From contig JBGPED010000001.1 of assembly GCA_041482595.1 (NCBI GenBank), positions 1 through 54,388 of the forward strand: 54,388 nt of DNA, given 5' to 3'. This document shows, piece after piece, positions 37,585-48,511 of the stretch. Below the pieces are notes generated by a model. It had not been told where the DNA came from. It saw nothing but the letters and a program-made list of their open reading frames with translations, and did not search any database. Made by a program: the position numbers and the translations under genes. Numbering within the stretch: position 1 is the first letter of the stretch; each line of letters begins with the position of its first letter. Origin of the DNA: Acidobacteriota bacterium. Its GTDB lineage: Bacteria; Acidobacteriota; Polarisedimenticolia; Gp22-AA2.

Positions 37585-38835
37585 ATGGCCGGGGTATCGT
37601 GTAGAATCGAGGATGCGAGGGCGGGCGGCGGGATGCGGCAGATGGATGAGACGGGGTATTACCAGCGGGGATTCGGCCTCAAGGACGCGATCCGCCCCGA
37701 GTTGCGGGCCGATTACCACAGCGGCATCGTGGAGAGGCTCAAGGCCTCCGGCTACCGGCTGCAGACCGGCGCGCTGACCTTTCTCCTGGCCCGCGAGTTC
37801 GGCTTCTGCTACGGGGTCGACCGCGCCGTCGAATACGCCTACGAGACTCGCAAGCGGTTTCCCGATCGCACGATCTACCTGGTCGGGGAGATCATCCACA
37901 ACCCGCACGTCAACGCCCGCCTGAAGGAGATGGGGATCAGGTTCCTGCGGGACCCGGACGGCGGCGGTCCCGGGTTCGACGCGGTCCGCCCCGAAGACGT
38001 CGTCATCCTCCCCGCGTTCGGCGTGACCGTGGAGGAGATGGCCCGTCTCAAGGCGAGCGGCTGTGTCCTGGTCGATACAACCTGCGGGTCGGTCCTGAAC
38101 GTCTGGAAGAACGTCGACCGCTTTTCGGCCACGGGATTCACCGCCCTGATCCACGGCAAGTACGCGCACGAGGAGACCCGGGCTACCGCCTCCCGCACGA
38201 CCCAGTATCCCGGCGGGCGCCACTTGGTGGTCCGCGATCGCGCCGAGGCCGCGCTCGTCTGCGACTATATCCGCGGCGGCGGCGACCGTTCCTCGTTTCT
38301 CGCCCGTTTCTCCGCCGCCTGCTCTCCCGGCTTCGATCCGGACGTCCATCTGGGTCGCATAGGCCTCGCGAACCAGACGACCATGCTGTCTTCGGAATCC
38401 CTCGAGATCCAGGGGATGATCCGGGCGGCGCTCGAGGACCGCTACGGCGGGGGGGAGATTCCGGAGCGCTTCCGCGCCTTCGACACGATCTGCAGCGCCA
38501 CACAGGACCGCCAGGATTCCGTCCTCGCGTTGATCGCCGAGAACCCCGACCTGATGGTGGTGATCGGCGGGTACAACAGCAGCAACACCACCCACCTCGC
38601 CGCTCTCGCGTCCAGGACCGTTCCGACCTACCACATCCAGGACGCGTCCTGCATCGTCGGGAACGAGGTGATCCGGCACAAGCCTTTCGGCAGCCCGTTC
38701 GAGATCACGGCCCGTGGCTGGCTCCCGGATGGGCCGGTCGTGCTCGGTCTGAGCGCCGGCGCCTCCACACCCAACAACAAGATCGGAGAAGTGGTCTCGA
38801 CCATCGCCGCCCTTCGGGGCGTGACGGAGATCTGA
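37585..38835 (+). CDS. ispH: 4-hydroxy-3-methylbut-2-enyl diphosphate reductase (long, cyanobacterial/plant-type form)
   Basis: Cys ligand contexts FGFCYGV, DTTCGSV, ICSATQDRQ, plus GGYNSSNTTHL. The start may instead be ATG 37633. Confidence 0.9.
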   Translation: MAGVSCRIEDARAGGGMRQMDETGYYQRGFGLKDAIRPELRADYHSGIVERLKASGYRLQTGALTFLLAREFGFCYGVDRAVEYAYETRKRFPDRTIYLVGEIIHNPHVNARLKEMGIRFLRDPDGGGPGFDAVRPEDVVILPAFGVTVEEMARLKASGCVLVDTTCGSVLNVWKNVDRFSATGFTALIHGKYAHEETRATASRTTQYPGGRHLVVRDRAEAALVCDYIRGGGDRSSFLARFSAACSPGFDPDVHLGRIGLANQTTMLSSESLEIQGMIRAALEDRYGGGEIPERFRAFDTICSATQDRQDSVLALIAENPDLMVVIGGYNSSNTTHLAALASRTVPTYHIQDASCIVGNEVIRHKPFGSPFEITARGWLPDGPVVLGLSAGASTPNNKIGEVVSTIAALRGVTEI

Positions 38836-38894
38836 GGCCCCCCCCCGACCGGACGGCGGCGACGGTCGGGCGACCGCCGCCGGGACGCGTCATG

Positions 38895-39632
38895 TCAGTG
38901 AACGTCGTCGCCGGCCGGATCCCGGCCCGCGGCCTGACTCAGCGCGATATCGCGCCAGCGTTCCTCCAGCACCCGGACCAGCAGGCGGCAGCGCTCCCGC
39001 ACATCGTCCAGGCCGAGCAGCGCCATCTTGAGCGGCAGCTCCATGGCCAGACTCTGGCAGAGCGTGTTGACCACGGCCGCGAAGGGGATGTCGCTGTCGA
39101 GGGCCAGGGGCTGGGAGACGCGGCCGGAGATCTCCTGGAGAAGTCCGGCGCACGACGCGAACAGGCGCTTCTTGTCTTCCACAACACCGGGGCCGTCCAC
39201 CTCGTTCCGGTCGTCCAGGACACGCACCCGTGCGACGCGGTAGGGGGTCTCCCTCTCGAAGGACATGACCTCCACCCGCGCCACCCCGCGCAGGCGGATG
39301 TTGAACCTTCCGTCCGGCAGTCGCGCCTCTTCCTCGATGAGACCCGCGCACGCCAGCGGGAAGACCTCGGGGGTCCCGTCATATCCCTGCTCCCAGCCCG
39401 GCTTCAGGAGCGCCATGGCGATCAACCGGTCGCCCTCCAGGACGTCCTCGGTCATCTGCCTGTAGCGCGGCTCGAAGATGTGCAGCGGCAGGGAGGCGTG
39501 CGGGAAGAAGACGAGATCCGGCAGAGGGAAGACCGGGACTGTCCCCCGCGATCTCAGGGTCTCGAGCGCCCGCGCGCGCAGGTCCACCATCCACCTCCCG
39601 GACGCGTCGCGGAGGGCCCGCTCCCCGTCCAC
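38895..39632 (-). CDS. LON substrate-binding (Lon N-terminal) domain protein
   Basis: VPVFPLPDLVFFPHASLPLHIFEPRYRQM... is the typical stand-alone LON_substr_bdg domain. Confidence 0.8.
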   Translation of the reverse strand: MDGERALRDASGRWMVDLRARALETLRSRGTVPVFPLPDLVFFPHASLPLHIFEPRYRQMTEDVLEGDRLIAMALLKPGWEQGYDGTPEVFPLACAGLIEEEARLPDGRFNIRLRGVARVEVMSFERETPYRVARVRVLDDRNEVDGPGVVEDKKRLFASCAGLLQEISGRVSQPLALDSDIPFAAVVNTLCQSLAMELPLKMALLGLDDVRERCRLLVRVLEERWRDIALSQAAGRDPAGDDVH

Positions 39633-39703
39633 GGCAGTTTACCGCCTTGGGGGGCGGGCCGGGTGGATTGTTTCCCCCGCGCCCGATGTGGTAGTTTGCG
39701 CCT

Positions 39704-40102
39704 TTGCGGGAGAGAGCGCGCATGCCCCCTTACGAGTGTCACGTGTTCGTCTGCACGCACGGCGAGTACTGTCCCTTCGACGGATCCGCCGAGGTGCACC
39801 GCTTGCTCAAGGAAGGGGTCGCGGCGCGCGGCCTGAAGGGACGCGTGCGCGTCAACAAGGCCGGCTGCTTCAACCAGTGCGGCAACGGCCCGATGGTCGT
39901 CGTCTACCCGGAGAATGTCTGGTACGGGGGTGTCACGCCGGACAAGGTGCTACGCATCCTGGAGGAGCACATCGCGGGCGGCCGGCCGGTGGTGGATCTG
40001 AAGTACGAGGCGCTCCCCGGACCGAACAAGAACGGCGCGCGCATGGCCGCCATCAACGCCGCGCGGTCGGCGCTCAAACCGACCGGGTCCGGCACGGACT
40101 GA
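39704..40102 (+). CDS. thioredoxin-like [2Fe-2S] ferredoxin
   Basis: Cys pattern CHVFVCTHG...AGCFNQCGNGP. VVVYPENVWYGGVTP is typical. The start may be TTG 39704 or ATG 39722. Confidence 0.8.
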   Translation: MRERARMPPYECHVFVCTHGEYCPFDGSAEVHRLLKEGVAARGLKGRVRVNKAGCFNQCGNGPMVVVYPENVWYGGVTPDKVLRILEEHIAGGRPVVDLKYEALPGPNKNGARMAAINAARSALKPTGSGTD

Positions 40103-40108
40103 AAGACG

Positions 40109-41116
40109 ATGCCCAGACGCCGATCCCCCTGGATCTCCGGCGCGGCGCTGTGCGGCGCCGCGGCCGGCGCGATCCTGTCCCTGACGGTCCGGCTTCTCCC
40201 GTCGTCCGGAATGCCGGCACCGAAGCTGCTGGCCTCGCCCGCCCTGCTGATCGCCGCCTACGCGATCGGCGTCCTCGTCACCTATCGTCGCCGCGAAAAG
40301 GAGGACGTCCACCTCTTCCTGGAGGTCCAGGAGGAGCTCCGGTTCAGCCAGGACCACATCATGGCGAACGAAACCTACCGATCCCTGAGCGCCTACCTCG
40401 AGATCGCCGCGCACCAGATGAAGGAGCCGCTCCAGGCGCTCCTCCACGGACTCAAGACCCTGGAGGTCGAGAGCGGGCTCCCGGACACTCTGCGGGAACG
40501 GGTGGGGGGGCTCAAGAGCCAGGGCGAGACCCTCCACGAGACCCTGCGCCACCTGGCGGGATATGCGCTCACCAAGCCCGGACGGGCCCCGTTCAGCGTC
40601 AATATCCTGCTGCACGAATCGATTCTGCTCTGCCGGCGACGCGCTTCCGAGAGGAAGGTCCTCTTCGAGGAGCGCTATGCCGTTGTGCCGCCGGTGATGG
40701 GGTCGGCGATGCGCGTTCACCAGGCCCTGTTCAACATCATCGTCAACGCGGTGGAGGCGATGCCCTTCGGAGGCGGCACGATCGTCGTCGAGACGGCGCA
40801 CCAGGGCGACCGCGTGATCGCGCGCGTGCGGGACTCGGGGATTGGCATACGCCCGGAGCACCTGCCTCGGGTGTTCGAGCCGTTCTTCACGACCAAGCCG
40901 GAGAAGAAAGGCGTGGGGCTCGGCCTGTGGACCGCCCGGCAGATGCTCGACATCATCGGGGCCGACATCACGATCAAGAGCGCGCCGCACCAGGGCACCG
41001 AAGTGACCATCAGCTTTGCGCAGGCGGCCCCGCTGCGTCCGGGACGCGAAGGGACCGCCCACCCCCCCGAGCTCGGGAAGAACACCGCGGACGAAGGCGA
41101 TCGCCGGATCGCGTGA
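40109..41116 (+). CDS. sensor histidine kinase (2 TM, DHp + HATPase_c), orphan
   Basis: H-box AAHQMKEPLQAL, N-box NIIVNAVEAMP, G1 RDSGIGI, F-box FEPFFTTK, G2 GVGLGLW. Confidence 0.85.
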   Translation: MPRRRSPWISGAALCGAAAGAILSLTVRLLPSSGMPAPKLLASPALLIAAYAIGVLVTYRRREKEDVHLFLEVQEELRFSQDHIMANETYRSLSAYLEIAAHQMKEPLQALLHGLKTLEVESGLPDTLRERVGGLKSQGETLHETLRHLAGYALTKPGRAPFSVNILLHESILLCRRRASERKVLFEERYAVVPPVMGSAMRVHQALFNIIVNAVEAMPFGGGTIVVETAHQGDRVIARVRDSGIGIRPEHLPRVFEPFFTTKPEKKGVGLGLWTARQMLDIIGADITIKSAPHQGTEVTISFAQAAPLRPGREGTAHPPELGKNTADEGDRRIA

Positions 41117-41185
41117 GGTCCGGACGCGGCCGGAGTCACCCGCGATCCCCCGGGCGGCGCGTCCCGCGCGGCAGCGCCAGGGGTC

Positions 41186-42136
41186 TCAGGGCGCGGCTGC
41201 GCCCCGTCCGAGCAGGTTGGCGACGACGTAACCGGCGATGCTCGGATTCTCCTTCAGGCGTCGCACCGAATACGCGTACCAGTGCGGACCGTAGGGGACG
41301 TAGACGCGCAGGCGGTGGCCGGCCTTCCGGATGAGACCGCGCAGCTCCTCGTCGACCCCCAGGAGCATCTGGAACTCGTAGCGGTCGCGCGACAGGCGCT
41401 TCTCGTCGATGAGGCGCATCGCCTCCCATACCAGGTCCTCGTCGTGCGTGGCGATGCCCACGTAATGCCCGCGGTCGATCATGTCCTCGAGAATCCGGGC
41501 GTAATTCTTGTTGACGACCCCGCGGTTTCGATGGGCGATCGTCCGGGGCTCGACGTAGATCCCCTTGCAGAGGCGGACATTGGAGCCCCGCGGCAGCCCT
41601 CGGGCGTCCTCGAGGCTTCGCCGAAGGCACGCCTGCAGGACGACCCCCACGTTGTCGAACCCCTCGCGCCTCAGCCGCCCGTGCAGGTCGAGCGTGGGCG
41701 TCGTGCAGCTCGAGTCCTCCATGTCGATCCGCACGAAGTTCCCCTGCTCGCGGGCCGCCAGGACGAGCGCGCGGACGTTCGCGAGGCAGAGATCGAAGTC
41801 GAGCTTGAGGCCCAGCTGGGTCAGCTTGATTGAGACGCTCGAGTCGAGCCGCTCCTGGTGGATGACGCGCAGGGCGCGCTGGTACTCTCTCACCGCCGAA
41901 TCCGCGAGCTCGCGCCGGTCCACCTCTTCACCGAGGACGTCCAGCGTCGCCATGTACCCGCCGCCGTTCAGCTCGCGCAGCACGCGCACCGCCTCCTCGA
42001 GGGAATCACCGGCGATGTAGCGCCGGGAAAAGATCCTCACCACGGGGCGCGGCACGAACGGCAGCGAGCGCGAGATCAGGTAGTTCAGGACGGTCACGTG
42101 GCCTCCCACGAGAGGACGAGAGTCGCCTTCCGGCAC
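41186..42136 (-). CDS. proline dehydrogenase (monofunctional PRODH family)
   Basis: RRYIAGDSLEEAV...ATLDVLGEEV...IKLTQLGL...NFVRIDMEDS...VLQACLRR...RLCKGIY...ATHD...EFQMLLGV. The start could be an internal GTG near 42098. Confidence 0.85.
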   Translation of the reverse strand: MPEGDSRPLVGGHVTVLNYLISRSLPFVPRPVVRIFSRRYIAGDSLEEAVRVLRELNGGGYMATLDVLGEEVDRRELADSAVREYQRALRVIHQERLDSSVSIKLTQLGLKLDFDLCLANVRALVLAAREQGNFVRIDMEDSSCTTPTLDLHGRLRREGFDNVGVVLQACLRRSLEDARGLPRGSNVRLCKGIYVEPRTIAHRNRGVVNKNYARILEDMIDRGHYVGIATHDEDLVWEAMRLIDEKRLSRDRYEFQMLLGVDEELRGLIRKAGHRLRVYVPYGPHWYAYSVRRLKENPSIAGYVVANLLGRGAAAP

Positions 42137-42188
42137 GCGATCCTACCAAAAGCGCGGCGACCCGGCCTCCGTGCCCTCCGCGGCGGGT

Positions 42189-42218
42189 TTGACACCCCGG
42201 AATCGCATTGGCTATAGT
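42189..42218 (+). promoter_or_regulatory. candidate promoter TTGACA-N18-TATAGT upstream of acs
   Basis: gTTTGACAccccggaatcgcattggcTATAGT, 38 nt before GTG 42257. Confidence 0.5.
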
Positions 42219-42256
42219 CTTGCCCCTGCTTCGACACTCCCACGGCGAGGTGCACG

Positions 42257-44221
<1,965 letters not shown>

Positions 44222-44277
44222 GCGTCCACCCGGCGGGGCGTCACGGCAGCGGGCCGCGGGGCCGAGTCGCCTCCTCT

Positions 44278-44655
44278 TCAGCCGACGATTTTCACCGCCT
44301 TGTCCAGGTCGCTCACGACCATGACCACGACCGCCTTGCCGGGCGTCTGGGTGATGCCGGTGTAGGCGTAGTCGATGTTGATCCCCGCGCCCGAGAGCCG
44401 GGAGCAGATGTCTCCGAGCGAGCCGGGCTGGTCGGCCATGTCGACGGTCAGGCAGTCCTCGATCGAGGCGTACAACCCCTCCTTCTGCAGCGCCTCCCTC
44501 CCCTTCGCCGGATCGTCGGCGATGATCTTGGCGCGTCCCTCGAACACCGCCAGGGCGCGCATGTTCACCCGGGCCTTGCCGAGCGACTGGGCGACCTGGG
44601 AGAGGGTCCCCGGCTTGTTGGCCAGTTGGACGGTCAACTGCTTGGCTCGCGGCAT
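44278..44655 (-). CDS. tandem ACT-domain protein
   Basis: ATG 44655 with an AGGAGG SD. Two ACT-like repeats (VQLANKPGTLSQVAQSLG.. and VDMADQPGSLGDICSRLS..). Confidence 0.75.
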   Translation of the reverse strand: MPRAKQLTVQLANKPGTLSQVAQSLGKARVNMRALAVFEGRAKIIADDPAKGREALQKEGLYASIEDCLTVDMADQPGSLGDICSRLSGAGINIDYAYTGITQTPGKAVVVMVVSDLDKAVKIVG

Positions 44656-44659
44656 GGGT

Positions 44660-45400
44660 CTACCTCCTGAGGAACTTTCGGGCCAGCCCGAGGAGCGGAT
44701 CGAAGTATCGGTCCACCACCCGTTCCTTGAGCGGGATGATGCCATTGTCGGTGATCTGGATGTGCTCCGGGCAGACGTCGGTGCAGCAGCGCGTGATGTT
44801 GCACAGACCGGACCCGAACTCTCCCCGGATCGCGGGGATCCTGTCCTCCGCGTCGAGCGGGTGCATCTCGAGAGACGCCAGGCGGATCATGAAGCGCGGC
44901 CCGACGAACGCGTCCTTGCGCGACTGGTCGCGCAGGACATGGCAGACGTCCTGGCACAGGTAGCACTCGATGCACTTGCGGAATTCCTGCACCCGGTCCA
45001 CGTCCTCCTGCATCATGCGATACGGCCAGGCGGACGTTCCCGGCCGCGGCCGGAACGGCGGGATCCTCTTGTTCTGCTCGTAATTCCAGGAGACGTCCGT
45101 CACCAGATCCCTGATGACCGGGAAGGTCTTCATCGGCTGCACGGTGATGGTCTCGGAGGCGGTGAACTGGTTCATGCGCGTCATGCAGGCGAGCTTCGGC
45201 TTCCCGTTGATCTCCATGCTGCAGGAGCCGCACTTCCCCGCCTTGCAGTTCCACCGCACCGCCAGGTCGTTGGCGAGCTTCGCCTGGATCCGGTGCAGGA
45301 CGTCCAGGACGACCATGCCGGTATCGACGTCCACGCGGTACTCGACGAAGGCGCCACCCGCCGCCGTGCCGCGCCACACTCGAAAGAGGCGCTCAGACAC
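44660..45400 (-). CDS. sdhB: succinate dehydrogenase/fumarate reductase iron-sulfur subunit
   Basis: 2Fe-2S CKAGKCGSC, then the 4Fe-4S/3Fe-4S clusters CIECYLCQDVC and CTDVCP. Confidence 0.95.
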   Translation of the reverse strand: MSERLFRVWRGTAAGGAFVEYRVDVDTGMVVLDVLHRIQAKLANDLAVRWNCKAGKCGSCSMEINGKPKLACMTRMNQFTASETITVQPMKTFPVIRDLVTDVSWNYEQNKRIPPFRPRPGTSAWPYRMMQEDVDRVQEFRKCIECYLCQDVCHVLRDQSRKDAFVGPRFMIRLASLEMHPLDAEDRIPAIRGEFGSGLCNITRCCTDVCPEHIQITDNGIIPLKERVVDRYFDPLLGLARKFLRR

Positions 45401-47225
45401 GGCCGGCCTCCAGGTCCTCGATCTTGGCGAAGGCGATGGCGGCCAGCTCCTTCGGCGGCTCCTGCCGGTCGACGACCTGCGTCTCCATGCGTCCGTCCCT
45501 GCCCCTGCGCACCATGATGTTCACCTTCTGCCATTCGTCGCGCTCCCCGGGGTGATCGACGCGCGTGTGCGCCCCCCTGCTCTCCTGCCTCACGAGGGCG
45601 GCGCGCGTCACCGCCTCGGCGGTGATCAGGAGGGAGCGCAGGTCGAGCGCCTCGTGCCAGGCGGCATTGTACTGGGACGCGCCGGGAGCCTTCACCTTCG
45701 CGGCCTCGGCCTTCAGCTTTTCGAGCTCCTCGAGCGCGGTCCGGAGCTCGCTTTCCGTGCGGGCGATGCCGACGTATCGACCCATGACCTCCTGGAGGTG
45801 TTCGTGCGTGACGTAGGGATTCGTGCCGCTCTCGCGGTTCAGGATGTCCGTGGCGCTGCGCACCGCGGCCCGCACTTCGTCCTCGTGGACCCGCGGCACG
45901 GCCCCGAGACCCTTGACATACTGCACCGCACCGATGCCCGACAGCCTCCCGAAGACGAGCAGGTCGGAGAGCGAGTTGCCCCCCAGCCGGTTGGCGCCGT
46001 GCATCCCCGCCGCGGCCTCTCCGGCGGCGAACAGACCCGGCACCGTGGACATCTGGGTGTCGGATTCGACACGCACGCCTCCCATGAAGTAGTGCAGCGT
46101 CGGCCCGACCTCCATCGGCTCCCGGGTGATGTCCACCTCGGCGAGCTCCTTGAACTGATGGTACATGGAGGGGAGCTTCTTCTTGATCGTCTCGGCCGGC
46201 ACCCGTGAGGCGATGTCCAGGAACACCCCGCCGTGGGGCGAGCCACGGCCTTCGTTGACCTCCCGGGTGATGGCGCGCGCCACGACGTCGCGCGTCAGGA
46301 GCTCCGGCGGCCGGCGCGCGGTCTTGTCCCCCTTGAGCCAGCGGTTCGCCTCCTCTTCGCTGGAGGCGGTTTCGGTGGCGAACTTCTCGGGGATGTAATC
46401 GAACATGAAGCGCTTCCTGGCGCTGTTCAGGAGAACGCCGCCGTCCCCACGCACGCCTTCAGTCACGAGAATGCCGCGCACCGAGGGCGGCCACACCATT
46501 CCGGTGGGATGGAACTGGGTGAACTCCATGTCCATCAAATCGGCGCCCGCCTCGTAGGCCATGGCGTAGCCGTCACCCGAATACTCCCAGGAGTTGGAGG
46601 TGATCCGCCAGGCCCGGCCTCCCCCGCCGGTCCCCAGGACGACCGCCCGGGTCCTGAACAGGACGAAGCGGCCCGATTCGCGCCAGTAGCCCAGGACTCC
46701 GGCGATGCGCCCTCCGTCCAGGAGGAGTTGCAGGGCCGTGCACTCCATGTAGACGCCGAACCCCTTGTGGATCGCGTGGTCCTGCAGCGTGCGGATGATC
46801 TCGAGGCCGGTCCGGTCGCCGACGTGCGCCAGGCGGGGATAGCGGTGCCCGCCGAAATTCCGCTGGCTGATCAGGCCGTCCCGCGTGCGATCGAACACCG
46901 CGCCCCATTCCTCCAGCTCGCGCACGCGGTCGGGAGATTCCCGGGCGTGCAGCTCGGCCATGCGCCACTGGTTGAGAAACTTGCCGCCCCGCATCGTGTC
47001 GCGGAAGTGCACCTTCCAGTTGTCGCGTCCGTCGACGTTACCGAGGGCCGCCGCCACGCCCCCCTCGGCCATGACGGTGTGAGCCTTGCCCAGGAGCGAC
47101 TTGCACATCAGGCCCGTGTTCAGGCCGCGCGCGGAGCACTCGATCGCGGCGCGCAGACCCGCGCCGCCGGCGCCGATGACCAGAACGTCGTGCTCGAAGG
47201 TCTGGATCTCGCTCACGTCGAGCAT
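45393..47225 (-). CDS. sdhA: succinate dehydrogenase/fumarate reductase flavoprotein subunit
   Basis: VLVIGAGGAGLRAA FAD fold, covalent-FAD His context AHTVMAEGG, HPTG, RLGGNSL. Confidence 0.95.
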   Translation of the reverse strand: MLDVSEIQTFEHDVLVIGAGGAGLRAAIECSARGLNTGLMCKSLLGKAHTVMAEGGVAAALGNVDGRDNWKVHFRDTMRGGKFLNQWRMAELHARESPDRVRELEEWGAVFDRTRDGLISQRNFGGHRYPRLAHVGDRTGLEIIRTLQDHAIHKGFGVYMECTALQLLLDGGRIAGVLGYWRESGRFVLFRTRAVVLGTGGGGRAWRITSNSWEYSGDGYAMAYEAGADLMDMEFTQFHPTGMVWPPSVRGILVTEGVRGDGGVLLNSARKRFMFDYIPEKFATETASSEEEANRWLKGDKTARRPPELLTRDVVARAITREVNEGRGSPHGGVFLDIASRVPAETIKKKLPSMYHQFKELAEVDITREPMEVGPTLHYFMGGVRVESDTQMSTVPGLFAAGEAAAGMHGANRLGGNSLSDLLVFGRLSGIGAVQYVKGLGAVPRVHEDEVRAAVRSATDILNRESGTNPYVTHEHLQEVMGRYVGIARTESELRTALEELEKLKAEAAKVKAPGASQYNAAWHEALDLRSLLITAEAVTRAALVRQESRGAHTRVDHPGERDEWQKVNIMVRRGRDGRMETQVVDRQEPPKELAAIAFAKIEDLEAGRV

Positions 47226-47228
47226 CGG

Positions 47229-48053
47229 CTAGCCCCAGGTGCTGATGTCGTGAATGACGCCCATCGACAGCAGGCGGACGTACAGGTCGGAGAAGGCGAC
47301 CCAGAAGAGGCTCACCCAGGCCCACTGCATGTGATTGGCGTTGAGGGCCGACACGCCCTTCCATATCCCGTGGCGCAGGACGCTGCCGCGATCGCAGGAG
47401 AAGCAGTCGAGCCTCCCCCCCACGAGGTGGCGCCAGGAATGGCACCCAAACGTGTAGGCGGCCAATAGCGTCGGGTTGACGAGCAGGACCACGCTCCCCA
47501 CGCCGACGCCGATCCGTCCGTCGCGGAAGAAAGCCTTGAAGGCGTCAATGTAGAGGATGAAGATGAACGCGATGGCGAAATAGAGCGCGTAGCGGTGCAG
47601 GTTCTGGACCAGCAGGAGCCCGGTCTCCCCCCGGTAGCGGTCACGCGGGACGGGACCGACGGCGCAGCCCGGGGGCGTGCCGAAAAACGAGCGGTAGTAC
47701 GCCTTGCGATAGTAGTAGCAGGTGGCCCGGAACGCTCCCGGGAAGATCAGGATCAGGAACGCGGGGGACGCGGGCAGGAACGACGGCCACCACGCCGGCC
47801 ACGCGCCGAACCAGGCATGCTCGAGAGGGACCGCGCCGGGGACGGCCGGATCGACGAACAGCGGCGGCGAGTAGAACGGCGAGAGATACGAGCCGTAGGA
47901 GTAATACGACCCCTGGAATGCGGCCCACGTCGCATAGACCGCGAAGCCGCCCAGGCCGAGGATCGTCAGGAGCGGACCCACCCACCAGCGATCCGTGCGC
48001 GCCGTCTGCGCGAATCCGACCAGGTGACCGCCGGCGCGCGCTGCCTCTGCCAT
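47229..48053 (-). CDS. sdhC: succinate dehydrogenase cytochrome b subunit (single large b558-type anchor)
   Basis: 274 aa with 5 TM, directly upstream of sdhA/sdhB. No separate sdhD. Confidence 0.8.
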   Translation of the reverse strand: MAEAARAGGHLVGFAQTARTDRWWVGPLLTILGLGGFAVYATWAAFQGSYYSYGSYLSPFYSPPLFVDPAVPGAVPLEHAWFGAWPAWWPSFLPASPAFLILIFPGAFRATCYYYRKAYYRSFFGTPPGCAVGPVPRDRYRGETGLLLVQNLHRYALYFAIAFIFILYIDAFKAFFRDGRIGVGVGSVVLLVNPTLLAAYTFGCHSWRHLVGGRLDCFSCDRGSVLRHGIWKGVSALNANHMQWAWVSLFWVAFSDLYVRLLSMGVIHDISTWG

Positions 48054-48098
48054 CCATCGCCTCCGTTTCAGGTGCCCTGAAGTTCGGCGGGGCGGATT

Positions 48099-48257
48099 CT
48101 AACCTAGGAGCGTGTCCGAGTCATAGCATGGTTCGCGTTCGCGGGCGGGCAGGACCTCCGGGCAGGTGGTCCACTGCCCCGTGAGGAGCGTCTTCACGAA
48201 TTCCTCGGGGAGTCCTTCCCCTCGCATGTCGCGCGCCAGTCGCTCGTTGTCGTACAC
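48099..48257 (-). CDS. possible small ORF or gene remnant (52 aa from GTG)
   Basis: This frame has a strong G/C3 coding signature: VYDNERLARDMRGEGLPEEFVKTLLTGQWTTCPEVLPAREREPCYDSDTLLG*. The open frame extends upstream to 48353 without ATG or GTG. It is too short for the ORF track. Confidence 0.3.
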   Translation of the reverse strand: MYDNERLARDMRGEGLPEEFVKTLLTGQWTTCPEVLPAREREPCYDSDTLLG

Positions 48258-48373
48258 GACCGGGACGAAATCGACGCCCAGGGGGAGGAGCTGGTTCGCC
48301 AGGCCTCCCGGAAGCCGCTCCGGGCTTGCGCCGGGAAATCGGCGTCCCCATCTTCATTGCATGCGGGGCAGGG

Positions 48374-48382
48374 TGCTATACT
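48374..48382 (+). promoter_or_regulatory. candidate extended -10 promoter TGcTATACT for rne
   Basis: cattgcatgcggggcagggTGCTATACTgcccc. It would give a 5' UTR of about 120 nt ahead of ATG 48512. Confidence 0.3.
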
Positions 48383-48511
48383 GCCCCCCTCGAGGTGGAG
48401 CTCCCGAGCCGGCCCGATGGCAGGCGCGGTCGAGCCCGCCGCGAGGCGCTGCCCGCGGGACGTGACCGGCCAAGGAGGCTGGCCCCGAGGACGGGAGCGC
48501 GAGGAGATTCA

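Noticed and set aside
36775-38679. 634-aa ORF antisense to fdhD and ispH
   Set aside because: It is an antisense shadow of two genes with unmistakable motifs. The composition (R/G/D/A-rich, no hydrophobic core pattern) is typical of GC-rich shadow ORFs.
38844-38881. GC-rich alternative hairpins between ispH and the Lon-N gene as a bidirectional terminator
   Set aside because: Stems exist (CCCGACCG/CGGTCGGG and CGGCGGC/GCCGCCG), but there is no U-tract on either strand. I did not call a feature.
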